A stretch of 64,000 nucleotides of DNA from Myxococcota bacterium (lineage in GTDB: Bacteria > Myxococcota > XYA12-FULL-58-9 > JABJBS01): the NCBI GenBank assembly GCA_036339465.1, contig JAYZAY010000089.1:1623-65622 (forward strand), given 5' to 3'. Below, one piece after another: positions 42,284 to 50,868 of this stretch (position 1 is the first letter of the stretch; each line of letters opens with the position of its first letter). A model generated the notes under the pieces. It worked only from the letters and a program-made list of their open reading frames with translations, did not search any database and had not been told where the DNA came from. The translations under genes were made by a program, and so were the position numbers.

Positions 42284-43282
42284 TTATGGGGCCCAGTTCA
42301 CGCCGATGGCATTTCGCACCGCCGACACTAAGGCCTGGGCTTCGGGTTTTGCTTTATGTGCCCCCTCTTGGAGAATTTGCTCAATTTCTTTGGGGTTGGC
42401 CATGAGGTGTTCATATTTTGCGCGGGGTTGTTCAAGGAGCTTTTCAAGGGTTTCATAAAGAAGGTCTTTCATTCCACCCCAGCTAAGCTTGCCTTCCATC
42501 AGCTCAAGTCGAATGGATGCGGCGTCTTCAGGGATGGCTAATTCCTTGTAAAGCTTGAACACACTTGAATTATCTGCGTCTTTTGGTGCATCTGCGGCGC
42601 TGGAGTCTGTTTTGAATTTGCGAACGAGTTTTTGGAGTTTCTTACCAGACATAGTGAGCAGTGGAATGGTGTTGTCGTAGGACTTACTCATTTTTCGACC
42701 ATCTAGGCCGGGCACACTGGTTTCTTGGCTGATCACTGGTTTTGGAAGTGTGAGCACGTTGCCATAGGTTTTATTGAAGGTTTCTACGATATCACGGGTA
42801 ATCTCTAGGTGTTGAAGTTGGTCGTGGCCAATGGGAACCACATCGGCTGAGAATATGAGGATGTCGGCGGCCATGAGAATCGGGTAATTGAAGAGTCCCA
42901 TGTTGATACCGTCGTCAGGGTTTCTGTCTTGTTCCATGTTTCGGTCGACAGAGGCCTTATACGCGTGGGCCCGGTTCATGAGGCCCTTGGCAGTTGAGTT
43001 TGCAAGTACGGAAAATAATTGAAAGGTCTCGGGAACGTCGGATTGTCGATAGAAGGTGACTTTATTGGGATTTAGTCCCATGGAGAGCCAGGCTGCAGCG
43101 ACTTCGTAAGTCATTTGCTTGAGGGCTTTTGGATCCGTGATGGCATTGAGTGCATGATAGTCGGCGATGAAATAGAAAGCTTCGTAGGTCTCGGAAAGCT
43201 GCAGAGCTGGCCGCATTGCCCCGATGAAATTTCCTAAATGGGGAATTCCAGTAGGCTTAATCCCTGTTATTGACCGTCTCAT
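42284..43282 (-). CDS. trpS: Tryptophan-tRNA ligase
   Basis: It has the HIGH-type motif PTGIPHLGNFIGA and the KMSKS motif. I place the start at the ATG at 43282 (MRRSITGIKPTG), which has AAGGA 7 nt upstream. This gives a 332-aa protein. The ORF-track start at 43342 adds 20 unconserved residues. Confidence 0.93.
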   Translation of the reverse strand: MRRSITGIKPTGIPHLGNFIGAMRPALQLSETYEAFYFIADYHALNAITDPKALKQMTYEVAAAWLSMGLNPNKVTFYRQSDVPETFQLFSVLANSTAKGLMNRAHAYKASVDRNMEQDRNPDDGINMGLFNYPILMAADILIFSADVVPIGHDQLQHLEITRDIVETFNKTYGNVLTLPKPVISQETSVPGLDGRKMSKSYDNTIPLLTMSGKKLQKLVRKFKTDSSAADAPKDADNSSVFKLYKELAIPEDAASIRLELMEGKLSWGGMKDLLYETLEKLLEQPRAKYEHLMANPKEIEQILQEGAHKAKPEAQALVSAVRNAIGVNWAP

Positions 43283-43378
43283 TGCTCGTTCCTTTGTTGA
43301 TTCCGGATTGCAGGAAATGCCTAGAAAGCGGTAAGGAGTCAACTCTTACCGGGGTATTGTGTGTGGGGGGGACAAGGC

Positions 43379-44545
43379 TTAGGTTTTGTGAAGGTCACTG
43401 AGTTTGACCGTAGCGGTATCTACCTGAGAGGGTTCAAGGGCAAAGGTTTGGCGGTCGCTCATGAATTGTGCCAGTTGTTGGGCCAAGAAGTCGAGTTGCA
43501 CTCTGGCTTCTTCTTGAAATCCGTGGGGGGACAGAGCATTCAAAAGTTGGATGCAACCTACGTTGCCCGAGTCCGATAGGATGGGCACGCAAAGCATGGA
43601 TTGAACTTGATAGTTAAGTTTTTCAGCTATGTCTTGTCGAAATCTCGGATCTGTTTGGGCATCACGGATGTGGAGGCTTAGGCCGGTATCGGTCGCGAAT
43701 CCCGCCAAGCCTTGTCCCCAGCCTAAGGTTTTTCCGGCTAGGGTTTCGCTGGCAGGGCCGCGTACTGCGGCGAAGCAGAGGTTTTTTCGACTTGGCTCCA
43801 CGAGATAAATTGTTCCTGCATTTGCCGGGATACTTTCCAAGGCCAAATCGAGGGTTCGATTTGCGGCCTCGCGAAGGTCATTGGCCATGTGGAGATTCGC
43901 GGTTTTAAAAAAGAGTTGGGTTGTGGTTAAGTTGAGGTTTTCGGCAGCATCTTCTGGATGCCGGGGTATGAGGTGGCTGGGAAGCGTGAACTCTTCTGTG
44001 GTCTCATAGATAGAGTTAAAAATATTTTGGGCACCCTTGGTTTTTTCTTTGGTAACCAGGGGGGCTTTGGACTCTTCTGTGAGGCGCTTCCAATGGCCAG
44101 GCGCCGTCGCTTCGGTTGCTATTTCGGGGGCTGATGGGCTCGCTTTTAGTTGTTGCAGATTGATCTCAGTCGTTTTTGCTTGTGCGTCGATTTTGGGTAG
44201 ATGTCCAATGGAGTCGTGAGTTTGTCGGCTATGGGTTCGGGTTTCTTCCTCGAACGAAGTTTGGGGTGCTTTAGGTGTTTCGGGCTTAATTTCTGGAAGG
44301 AAAGGGTTCATACTGTCGGCGTCGGTGCTTAGGCACTGTATGTAGAACGTCCGACCTCCTTGGGGGTCTTGAATTTCGAGGCCAATATCTGAATTGACGC
44401 ACTCCAAATGCTGGATGTCGACCAGCGCTCCGAGTTTCTTGATGGCGACTTTCAGGGCATCAAGCCACGTTTCACCTTCAATATGTTTGATAAAGTCGAT
44501 GCCGGTTGGGTTTACAGCCGGAACCAGTACTCGAAATAAAGCCAT
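43379..44545 (-). CDS. GAF-domain protein with an unknown N-terminal half
   Basis: 388 aa. The C-terminal roughly 160 aa (AGTIYLVEPSRKNLCFAAVRG...GLAGFATDTGLSLHIRDAQTDPRF...MLCVPIL) is a typical GAF fold. The middle is low-complexity and charged. Confidence 0.7.
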   Translation of the reverse strand: MALFRVLVPAVNPTGIDFIKHIEGETWLDALKVAIKKLGALVDIQHLECVNSDIGLEIQDPQGGRTFYIQCLSTDADSMNPFLPEIKPETPKAPQTSFEEETRTHSRQTHDSIGHLPKIDAQAKTTEINLQQLKASPSAPEIATEATAPGHWKRLTEESKAPLVTKEKTKGAQNIFNSIYETTEEFTLPSHLIPRHPEDAAENLNLTTTQLFFKTANLHMANDLREAANRTLDLALESIPANAGTIYLVEPSRKNLCFAAVRGPASETLAGKTLGWGQGLAGFATDTGLSLHIRDAQTDPRFRQDIAEKLNYQVQSMLCVPILSDSGNVGCIQLLNALSPHGFQEEARVQLDFLAQQLAQFMSDRQTFALEPSQVDTATVKLSDLHKT

Positions 44546-45017
44546 GGTTGTCCTTGGTTTTCCTTAATTGTTAAAAATGCATAGTGCAGGTTGCCGACAT
44601 TGAAAAGGGGAAAAACTGGAGGTTCGGAGTAGGGTTGTCCAAATTCTTCGTGGGGGCTCTGGTGACCTCCATCACTACCCCATTCAAGATTGGACCACAA
44701 AGTTGAGTCGTCCCATAAGAGTGAGGACGGTCATCATACTCAAGTTAAGGGCAGTTCTCGCACACCACCGAATCACGCCAATAAGGGGTACATCTTCCTC
44801 GAAATTGTCGTGGGGCTCTTATGGTCTGTTGAAGCGCGATATCGTCACCACTCCCAATGCCTTGTTTTTTCTTGAGTCGAAGCTCAACGACCAGGAGTGA
44901 GAGGGAGGAAAATGAGTGTCCATAAGGACCCGTAGGAAAAAGAAATGGATAGCTCGGGGGCGTGGCTCAAAACTGTCTTCAAAGTGACGATGTCTTGGGG
45001 CTGGACTCTGGTTGGGA

Positions 45018-45800
45018 TTATCTTTTGGCTGTGACTTGGCTCGCGACTTTTACAACGAGGCTTCTGGGGGAGAAGCGGTTTAGAAACACGCCCAATTGAT
45101 TGATTGAACCATGAATTGCGAGAGGTTTTCCCTTGAGCATGGCTTTCCACCCATGGGTGGCCACAGCGGTTTTTTCGGCCACCGTGAGCTTGAAGAGGGT
45201 TGCTTCTTGAATGTCTGCAGTTTTGGCAAATTCTGTGGCCGTAGCCCCCGGACAATGGGCCGTGACTGAGATACCTGTATCGCGTAATTCGTGAGTGATT
45301 GCCTGGCTAAACGAAACGACAAAGGCTTTTGTTGCAAAATAGACCGCCATATTCGGGCCGGGTTGGAATCCTGCGGCGGAGGCGATGTTTAGGATTCGCC
45401 CGTGTCCCTGTTTTTTCATGTGATGGATGAAAAGGTGGGTGAGGGCGACGAGTGCGGAAATATTGAGGTTGACCATACCCAGTTCTTTTTCGAGAGGACT
45501 CTTGTCGAAGGGGCCGCTGGTACCAAAACCTGCGTTGTTGATGAGAATTTCAACGTTAGAACCTTTTTCTTCAATGCGTCTGAGAATTTCTTGGGGGGCA
45601 GTGGGGCTCGTGAGATCGAGAGGGATCACTGTGACTTCGACTTTGTATTGGGTCTCGAGTTCTCGAGCTAGGTCCTCTAGTTTTTCTTGACTTCGAGCAA
45701 CGAGAATCGGATTGAAACCGGATTTTGCAGCTAATTTTGCGAATTCAGAACCGAGCCCCATGGAGGCACCGGTGATGAGGGCGGATTTCGTTGATGTCAT
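45018..45800 (-). CDS. Short-chain dehydrogenase/reductase (classical SDR)
   Basis: 260 aa with TGASMGLG (TGxxxGxG), NNAG and the catalytic YFATK (YxxxK). Confidence 0.9.
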   Translation of the reverse strand: MTSTKSALITGASMGLGSEFAKLAAKSGFNPILVARSQEKLEDLARELETQYKVEVTVIPLDLTSPTAPQEILRRIEEKGSNVEILINNAGFGTSGPFDKSPLEKELGMVNLNISALVALTHLFIHHMKKQGHGRILNIASAAGFQPGPNMAVYFATKAFVVSFSQAITHELRDTGISVTAHCPGATATEFAKTADIQEATLFKLTVAEKTAVATHGWKAMLKGKPLAIHGSINQLGVFLNRFSPRSLVVKVASQVTAKR

Positions 45801-45895
45801 GATGGGTGATATTCCTCACTGTGCGCAGATTAAGGTATGTGTGTGAATATGGAGCTTGGTGGGATGAGGTCAATGGTCCAATTGAAATGGGCCGG

Positions 45896-46675
45896 TCAGG
45901 GTGACTTTTGGGCCCAGAAAAGTTTTATGGCTTCACTGGCTGCAACGAATCCGAAGGTCCCGGTGACGAAAGTGGCGGCCCCGAAGCCAGCGGCGCAATC
46001 GAGTCGGAGTGAAGTGTCAGTTTTGGGTTGTTCACATACTTCGCCATCACTGCCAGGGAAGACCGGTGCTTCTGAGCTAAAGACGCAGGGGATCCCCCAA
46101 CTTTTGTCGCCTCTTGGGAAATCGAATTCACGTCGTAGGTTTTTGCGAACACGTTTCAAAAGAGAATCATGGTTGGCTTGGGTTAGGTCGGTGGATTGAA
46201 TACGCGTTGGATCTTGCTTGCCGCCAGCCCCACCAACGGTGACAACAGGCATTTCATTTCGCCGACACCAGTCTAGAATATGGCACTTATTTTCCGGTTG
46301 GTCGATGGCATCAACCACGACGTCATAGCTCGGGGTAAGGAGGCCATTTCTTGTTTTGGCAGTGAGGAAATCAAGTTTTTGAGTTACTTTGAGGTCCGGG
46401 TTGATGAGTTTAATCCGTTCCGCCATGACTTCAATTTTTGCCCGACCGATGTTCGGTTGGGTCGCAGGTACTTGGCGATTGGTATTGCTTGCACAGACTT
46501 CATCCAGATCGATCAGGGTTAGGTGTCCCACACCTGTGCGTGCCAATGCCTCTACGGTCCAGCTTCCCACGCCCCCGATGCCGATCACGCAGATGTGAGC
46601 CATGCGGAGTCGCTCCAGGTTGTTTTCACCGAAGAGTCTCCCAATTCCCCCAAACCTGTATGAAAAATCAGACAC
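45896..46675 (-). CDS. tcdA: tRNA threonylcarbamoyladenosine dehydratase (ThiF/MoeB-fold, TcdA/CsdL type)
   Basis: 259 aa with RFGGIGRLFG, the nucleotide loop CVIGIGGVGSW, and LIDLDEVCASNTNRQ. Confidence 0.8.
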   Translation of the reverse strand: MSDFSYRFGGIGRLFGENNLERLRMAHICVIGIGGVGSWTVEALARTGVGHLTLIDLDEVCASNTNRQVPATQPNIGRAKIEVMAERIKLINPDLKVTQKLDFLTAKTRNGLLTPSYDVVVDAIDQPENKCHILDWCRRNEMPVVTVGGAGGKQDPTRIQSTDLTQANHDSLLKRVRKNLRREFDFPRGDKSWGIPCVFSSEAPVFPGSDGEVCEQPKTDTSLRLDCAAGFGAATFVTGTFGFVAASEAIKLFWAQKSP

Positions 46676-46829
46676 TTGGACCTACCTCCGCCGACTGTCA
46701 TGGGCGAGACCTCTAAATTTGTCAATGATCTTCCTCTTTTATTGAGATTGAGTAGCGGTCAAATGATAATGGGTATGGAAAAATGATTTTTGAGGGTTGG
46801 GGTACATCTAGGAGACGGGGGAGAATACG

Positions 46830-47072
46830 ATGGATGAAGTTGTGGTAGCGGATACCAAGCCAGTGGTGGTAAAACTAAGCCCAGGAGAATATTGGTGGTG
46901 TGCCTGTGGTCGTTCAAAGAACCAGCCCTATTGTGACGGTTCCCACCAAGGAACGCGTTTTTCTCCGGTTTGTCTGAAAATAGAGAAAGAGAAAAATTAT
47001 GCGCTTTGTACCTGTAAGCATTCGGAGAATGGTGCTTTTTGTGACGGTAGCCATAAAAAGGTCAAGGCCTAG
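46830..47072 (+). CDS. CDGSH-type iron-sulfur domain protein (two CDGSH motifs)
   Basis: 80 aa with CACGRSKNQPYCDGSH and CTCKHSENGAFCDGSH. Confidence 0.85.
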   Translation: MDEVVVADTKPVVVKLSPGEYWWCACGRSKNQPYCDGSHQGTRFSPVCLKIEKEKNYALCTCKHSENGAFCDGSHKKVKA

Positions 47073-47227
47073 GTCGGTCACTTCTGTTTGTTTTTTCCAA
47101 AAGGCTTACGATACTGGATGTCTATGCCTACGGCATATCAAGTTTCCCAAGAAGTTATTGAAGGATTGCAATGGCTAGGCTTTATTCAATAGACTACTTT
47201 TAGGGGCTAACCATAGGTGGTCTGGTT

Positions 47228-49084
47228 TTGGCGAAGTTACGTGTATGGCTAGTTGATGATGACGAGCAATGTATTAAGCGTATCCAAACGTATGTAGAAG
47301 AGTATGGCGCTGAGCTTGTGCTATTTCGACATCCTGCTGAACTTTTTGACATTTTAGATGAAGAGCACAAGCCACCGGATTTGATCCTTTTGGACTCTGA
47401 CCCTATTCTCTATTCTAGCAAGGATATTTGTACTTCGATTCGTTGCTCTAGCAATGCTGAGAGTGCCGTTATTTTTTGCCTATGTGACAGCTACGATGCG
47501 AACGCCCGAGAAGTGCAGCGATTGGTCGGGGTTGATGGGTGGATGTCGCGCCCCGTAAAGCCGGAGAGCATCCGAGAACTTTTTGAAGTCATTCAGTCTG
47601 GTGTTTATGTCGGATTCTCGGAACGACAAGATATCCCATTTGAGACTAAATTAGGACAATTAAGTGTAGGGTATGACGGCGAGAATATCCTATGCGAAGG
47701 CACCCTCGATGAGAATGCGTCCTTCGACTCGATTCTAAGTCTTTTACCCACTGAATCAGGTAACATGGTTGGAGTCGACTGGTCTGGTTTACGAAACCTT
47801 AATATTCAAGGCTTAATTGCCTGGCGGGATTTTAGTCAGTCTGAGGCAGGAAGTGCGTATCAATATCTGTTTTTTCGATGCCCTGTTGTCATGATTGAGT
47901 ATTGTGAGATGATGCCGGAGTTCTGTGGAGATAATGTAACTGTGGTGTCTGTTGATGTTCCTTTTCGTTCGCATATTGAAACCGAATTGATGGATGCATT
48001 GATTGATTCAGCGAACCGAGTAGCAATGGGAGGTTTCTTGGACCGAACGATTCGAAGGCAGACCAAAGAGTTATCCTATGAGGATTTTCTGGGGTTTACT
48101 TCGGGTTTGCAAAATTCAGGGCGGGAGGCTGGTATCCTGTTCGAGTATCTTCCGTTTTTACACCTTAATGTTCGTCATGTATTGTCCGAATTTTTTCTGA
48201 CGCGACACACCATTCTCAACCAAGCTTCTCAGATGGCCGCACGATTTTCGAGTTTCGATAGAGCGGCGAGATCCTTGGGGACCGAGTGTAAGTTGAAACC
48301 TGCTAGCCGTAGCGCAATGATTCAATGTGTTTTTGAATCGTATGAGCCAATTCTATACACTTTGACTGCAGCCGAGAGAATACTGAATTGTTTAGTGTTC
48401 AAGGTTAGCCCGGGTAAGTGTCAGAATAGAAGGCGAATATTCTCTGACCTAGCTTACGACTTCGCTTCCCCTAGTTTTGCTCCAGCGAGATTTTATCTGA
48501 AGGTGAACAAAGTTGCTAAATTCGAGGTAACGTATGACCGAAGCAGGGATTTGGGTGACCTGAAGAAGCTCGTTTGTGGCGTTTACAGTACCATTCATGA
48601 ACTCATGGCAGGGTTGATGGATGCAATTCACGATATTGGGATTGAACTCCTTAAGTTACTTGAAAGTTACGCCGAGGTGGAACCATTCGTGTTTGAGGCA
48701 GCGGCTGCACTCGAACAAAAAGCAATCAATATTGATGCTCAAGAGCTGTATCGATTCCTGCACTGCTCATTGCAGACTTGGGAAGGGACAACCTCTGATA
48801 TTGGTGCTGCTGTTGAACGTGCTTCTTGCTTATGCCTTGATTACGAGTTTGAGATGAGTCGAATTATGCACTCTTTGAACTCACACGATGAGATGAACCA
48901 AGTGTTGGAACACCGTATGGTGGAACTCAAGCGACTTTTCGAGGGGGCTGAGCGTCAGGAGATTATGGACCGTATTCGTGACCGAGCGGTAACGATTATC
49001 GAGAAGAAGATTGTCTCATTTAGTTTCGAAGAGTTTAAGGACGCATTTGAAAATCCGACCGAGACCGAGATGGAGTTCTTTTAA
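47228..49084 (+). CDS. Receiver-domain protein with a STAS-like middle segment and a large unknown helical C-terminal region
   Basis: 618 aa with a TTG start. The REC-like N-terminus has LVDDDE, LILLDSD and a SRPVKP K-site. Residues around 150-260 (ILCEGTLDENASFDSILSLL...VGVDWSGLRNLNIQGLIAW) resemble STAS. I do not recognise the remaining roughly 350 aa. Confidence 0.65.
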   Translation: MAKLRVWLVDDDEQCIKRIQTYVEEYGAELVLFRHPAELFDILDEEHKPPDLILLDSDPILYSSKDICTSIRCSSNAESAVIFCLCDSYDANAREVQRLVGVDGWMSRPVKPESIRELFEVIQSGVYVGFSERQDIPFETKLGQLSVGYDGENILCEGTLDENASFDSILSLLPTESGNMVGVDWSGLRNLNIQGLIAWRDFSQSEAGSAYQYLFFRCPVVMIEYCEMMPEFCGDNVTVVSVDVPFRSHIETELMDALIDSANRVAMGGFLDRTIRRQTKELSYEDFLGFTSGLQNSGREAGILFEYLPFLHLNVRHVLSEFFLTRHTILNQASQMAARFSSFDRAARSLGTECKLKPASRSAMIQCVFESYEPILYTLTAAERILNCLVFKVSPGKCQNRRRIFSDLAYDFASPSFAPARFYLKVNKVAKFEVTYDRSRDLGDLKKLVCGVYSTIHELMAGLMDAIHDIGIELLKLLESYAEVEPFVFEAAAALEQKAINIDAQELYRFLHCSLQTWEGTTSDIGAAVERASCLCLDYEFEMSRIMHSLNSHDEMNQVLEHRMVELKRLFEGAERQEIMDRIRDRAVTIIEKKIVSFSFEEFKDAFENPTETEMEFF

Positions 49085-49310
49085 GGAACTATCTGTTTTA
49101 TGATTCCTTTGCTGGGGTTTGATTCATCCCAAAGTCTTTTGGTTGCTCTATCCTGTCGTCGTGGGCGGTGGCGGAGCGATAATTGGTTTTGCAAAAAAAA
49201 GATCAGGATCTGCTCGGATTCTCCAAGGTTTTTATTTTTGTCATTGGCGTGGTTCTCAGGGTCTTTGGGCTCTTTGTTGTGCGAGCCACCTACCAAGGCA
49301 TTATGGAGAG

Positions 49311-50750
49311 TTAACTTCGAACGTGTTCGTTGAATTTAACGTATTGGAATTCAATGGGTTGGCGATTGATTCCGGTTTTAGGTGGCGCTATCCAGTTTGC
49401 AAATTGTCCGGCTTTAGTGACGGGTTGCATGAGAGATTTCACGTATATCCGATCTTCAGTGGAAGGAATAAATTCGTAGAGGCGCTTTTGGAAGTCTTGC
49501 TCTGAGATGCGTGTTCCGTTGGGTGCAAAGGATAGGTTGGCGTAGAGTCCCTGCTGGCGATAGAAAAACGTGGATGGCAGTGACAATTGGTAGGCGATCC
49601 CGTGTTTTTTGAGGATGGTATTCCATTTTTTCAAGGCACGCTCGCAGTCTTTGGCATAGCTATCACGAAGCTGAAGGTTCATGGCCCTACGAAGGGGGAT
49701 TTCCTCGTGGACGATTTTACCGTCAGCGGTGGGCTTATCGACGAGGTATGAGCCTTCCAGGGCCACATGGTCGGTGATGTCTTTGGAGCTGGTTTCTTTG
49801 TAGCGCCCCTTAAGGCCCTGGCCGAAATAACTTGCGGCATTGGAGGAGTCTTCGGCACCGAAGAGGTCTAGGCACGATGCGTACCATTCGTTGAAATACC
49901 TTTGGATGATATCTAGGGGGATGCCACCGTTTAGTCGAACATCTTCACCGGGGGCCTGCTGCATCAATTCACAGGTTCGTGTGATGATTCTCCCGAGGCC
50001 GGTTTCACCGACAAAAAGGTGATGGGCTTCTTCGGTCAACATAAACTGTGTGGTTTGTGCGAGAGGAGTAAATCCACTCTCAGCCAAGGAAGCGAGCTGA
50101 TATTTTCCGTCGCGGTCTGCAAACATGGCGAAACAGAAAAAGTCGAGCCAGTCTTGCATGGGTTTGTTGAAAGCGTCCAGGATTCTAGGGGAATCTTCAT
50201 GTCCAGAGCGGCGCCCCAATAAATCCTCAGCTTCTTCTCGTCCATCTCGTCCAAAATAGGAATGGAGTAAGTAAACCATGGCCCACAGGTGCCGTGCTTC
50301 CTCGACGTTAACTTGGAAGAGGTTACGAAGGTCGTAGAGGCTGGGGGCGGTATGACCGAGAACTTTTTGTTGTTCCACGGATGCGGGCTCGGTGTCAGCT
50401 TGGGTCACAATGATTCGTCGGAGATCTTTTCGCATGTCTCCAGGAACCTGGTTCCAGGCTTTTTGTCCCAACATGTCGCCGAATGGGATGGTTCGGTCCG
50501 CTTCTGTGGGGGCCATGAATATGCCCCAACGATAATCGGGCATCTTGACGTAATCGAAGTGAGCCCATCCTCCGGCTTCAACACTAACGGCGGTTCGAAG
50601 ATAGATCTGGTCTTGTTGGTAACCTTCGGGACCCATTTCCATCCACCAATCTAGGAAATTTGGCTGCCAGGTTTCTAGCGCGCGCTGCAGTTTTTTGTCA
50701 CTGCTGAGATTCACGTTATTCGGAATTTTCTCATTGAGTTCTACAGTCAT
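49311..50750 (-). CDS. boxB: Benzoyl-CoA 2,3-epoxidase oxygenase component BoxB-like di-iron protein
   Basis: The N-terminus NEKIPNNVNLSSDKKLQRALETWQPNFLDWWMEMGPEG...YLRTAVSVE...VKMPDYRWGIF matches my recollection of BoxB. Two ExxH di-iron motifs are present (VEEARHLW and TEEAHHLF). I prefer the start at 50750 (MTVELNEK, GGAG SD 7 nt upstream), giving 479 aa. The ORF-track start at 50813 adds 21 residues. Confidence 0.78.
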   Translation of the reverse strand: MTVELNEKIPNNVNLSSDKKLQRALETWQPNFLDWWMEMGPEGYQQDQIYLRTAVSVEAGGWAHFDYVKMPDYRWGIFMAPTEADRTIPFGDMLGQKAWNQVPGDMRKDLRRIIVTQADTEPASVEQQKVLGHTAPSLYDLRNLFQVNVEEARHLWAMVYLLHSYFGRDGREEAEDLLGRRSGHEDSPRILDAFNKPMQDWLDFFCFAMFADRDGKYQLASLAESGFTPLAQTTQFMLTEEAHHLFVGETGLGRIITRTCELMQQAPGEDVRLNGGIPLDIIQRYFNEWYASCLDLFGAEDSSNAASYFGQGLKGRYKETSSKDITDHVALEGSYLVDKPTADGKIVHEEIPLRRAMNLQLRDSYAKDCERALKKWNTILKKHGIAYQLSLPSTFFYRQQGLYANLSFAPNGTRISEQDFQKRLYEFIPSTEDRIYVKSLMQPVTKAGQFANWIAPPKTGINRQPIEFQYVKFNEHVRS

Positions 50751-50798
50751 TGATTTCTCCGGTGGTTTTAGGACGCGAGGCTCTCTACGAATAGGATA

Positions 50799-50864
50799 TG
50801 CAGAATGATGCATGTTGTAAACGATTTAATGGTTGTGGTGTGCATTACTAAGCATTATAATGCA
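50799..50864. promoter_or_regulatory. Candidate BoxR/BzdR-type operators (TGCA repeats) in the boxB-boxR divergent promoter region
   Basis: TGCA-GAATGA-TGCA at 50799-50812. An inverted repeat TGCATTA-N10-TAATGCA lies at 50841-50864, with a third AGCATTA inside the spacer. From memory, BzdR/BoxR operators are built from TGCA repeats within longer palindromes. Confidence 0.4.
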
Positions 50865-50868
50865 TTGA

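Noticed and set aside
42134-42331. 65-aa ORF immediately after ribE
   Set aside because: It overlaps the ribE stop and the 3' end of trpS on the opposite strand, and has no SD or recognisable motif.
43283-43342. 20-residue N-terminal extension of trpS
   Set aside because: The ATG at 43282 is preceded by AAGGA at proper spacing and gives the canonical length of about 330 aa. The extension is unconserved-looking.
49081-49505. ORFs of 71, 77 and 128 aa in and around the convergent spacer between the REC-STAS-like gene and boxB
   Set aside because: They overlap each other or the boxB 3' end, have unconvincing translations and lack clear SDs. The 128-aa ORF has a TM-like start but reads antisense through boxB.
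50751-50813. 21-residue N-terminal extension of boxB (MHHSAYPIRREPRVLKPPEKS)
   Set aside because: The internal ATG at 50750 has a GGAG SD and restores the typical BoxB length and N-terminus. The extension would also swallow the TGCA-N6-TGCA operator candidate.
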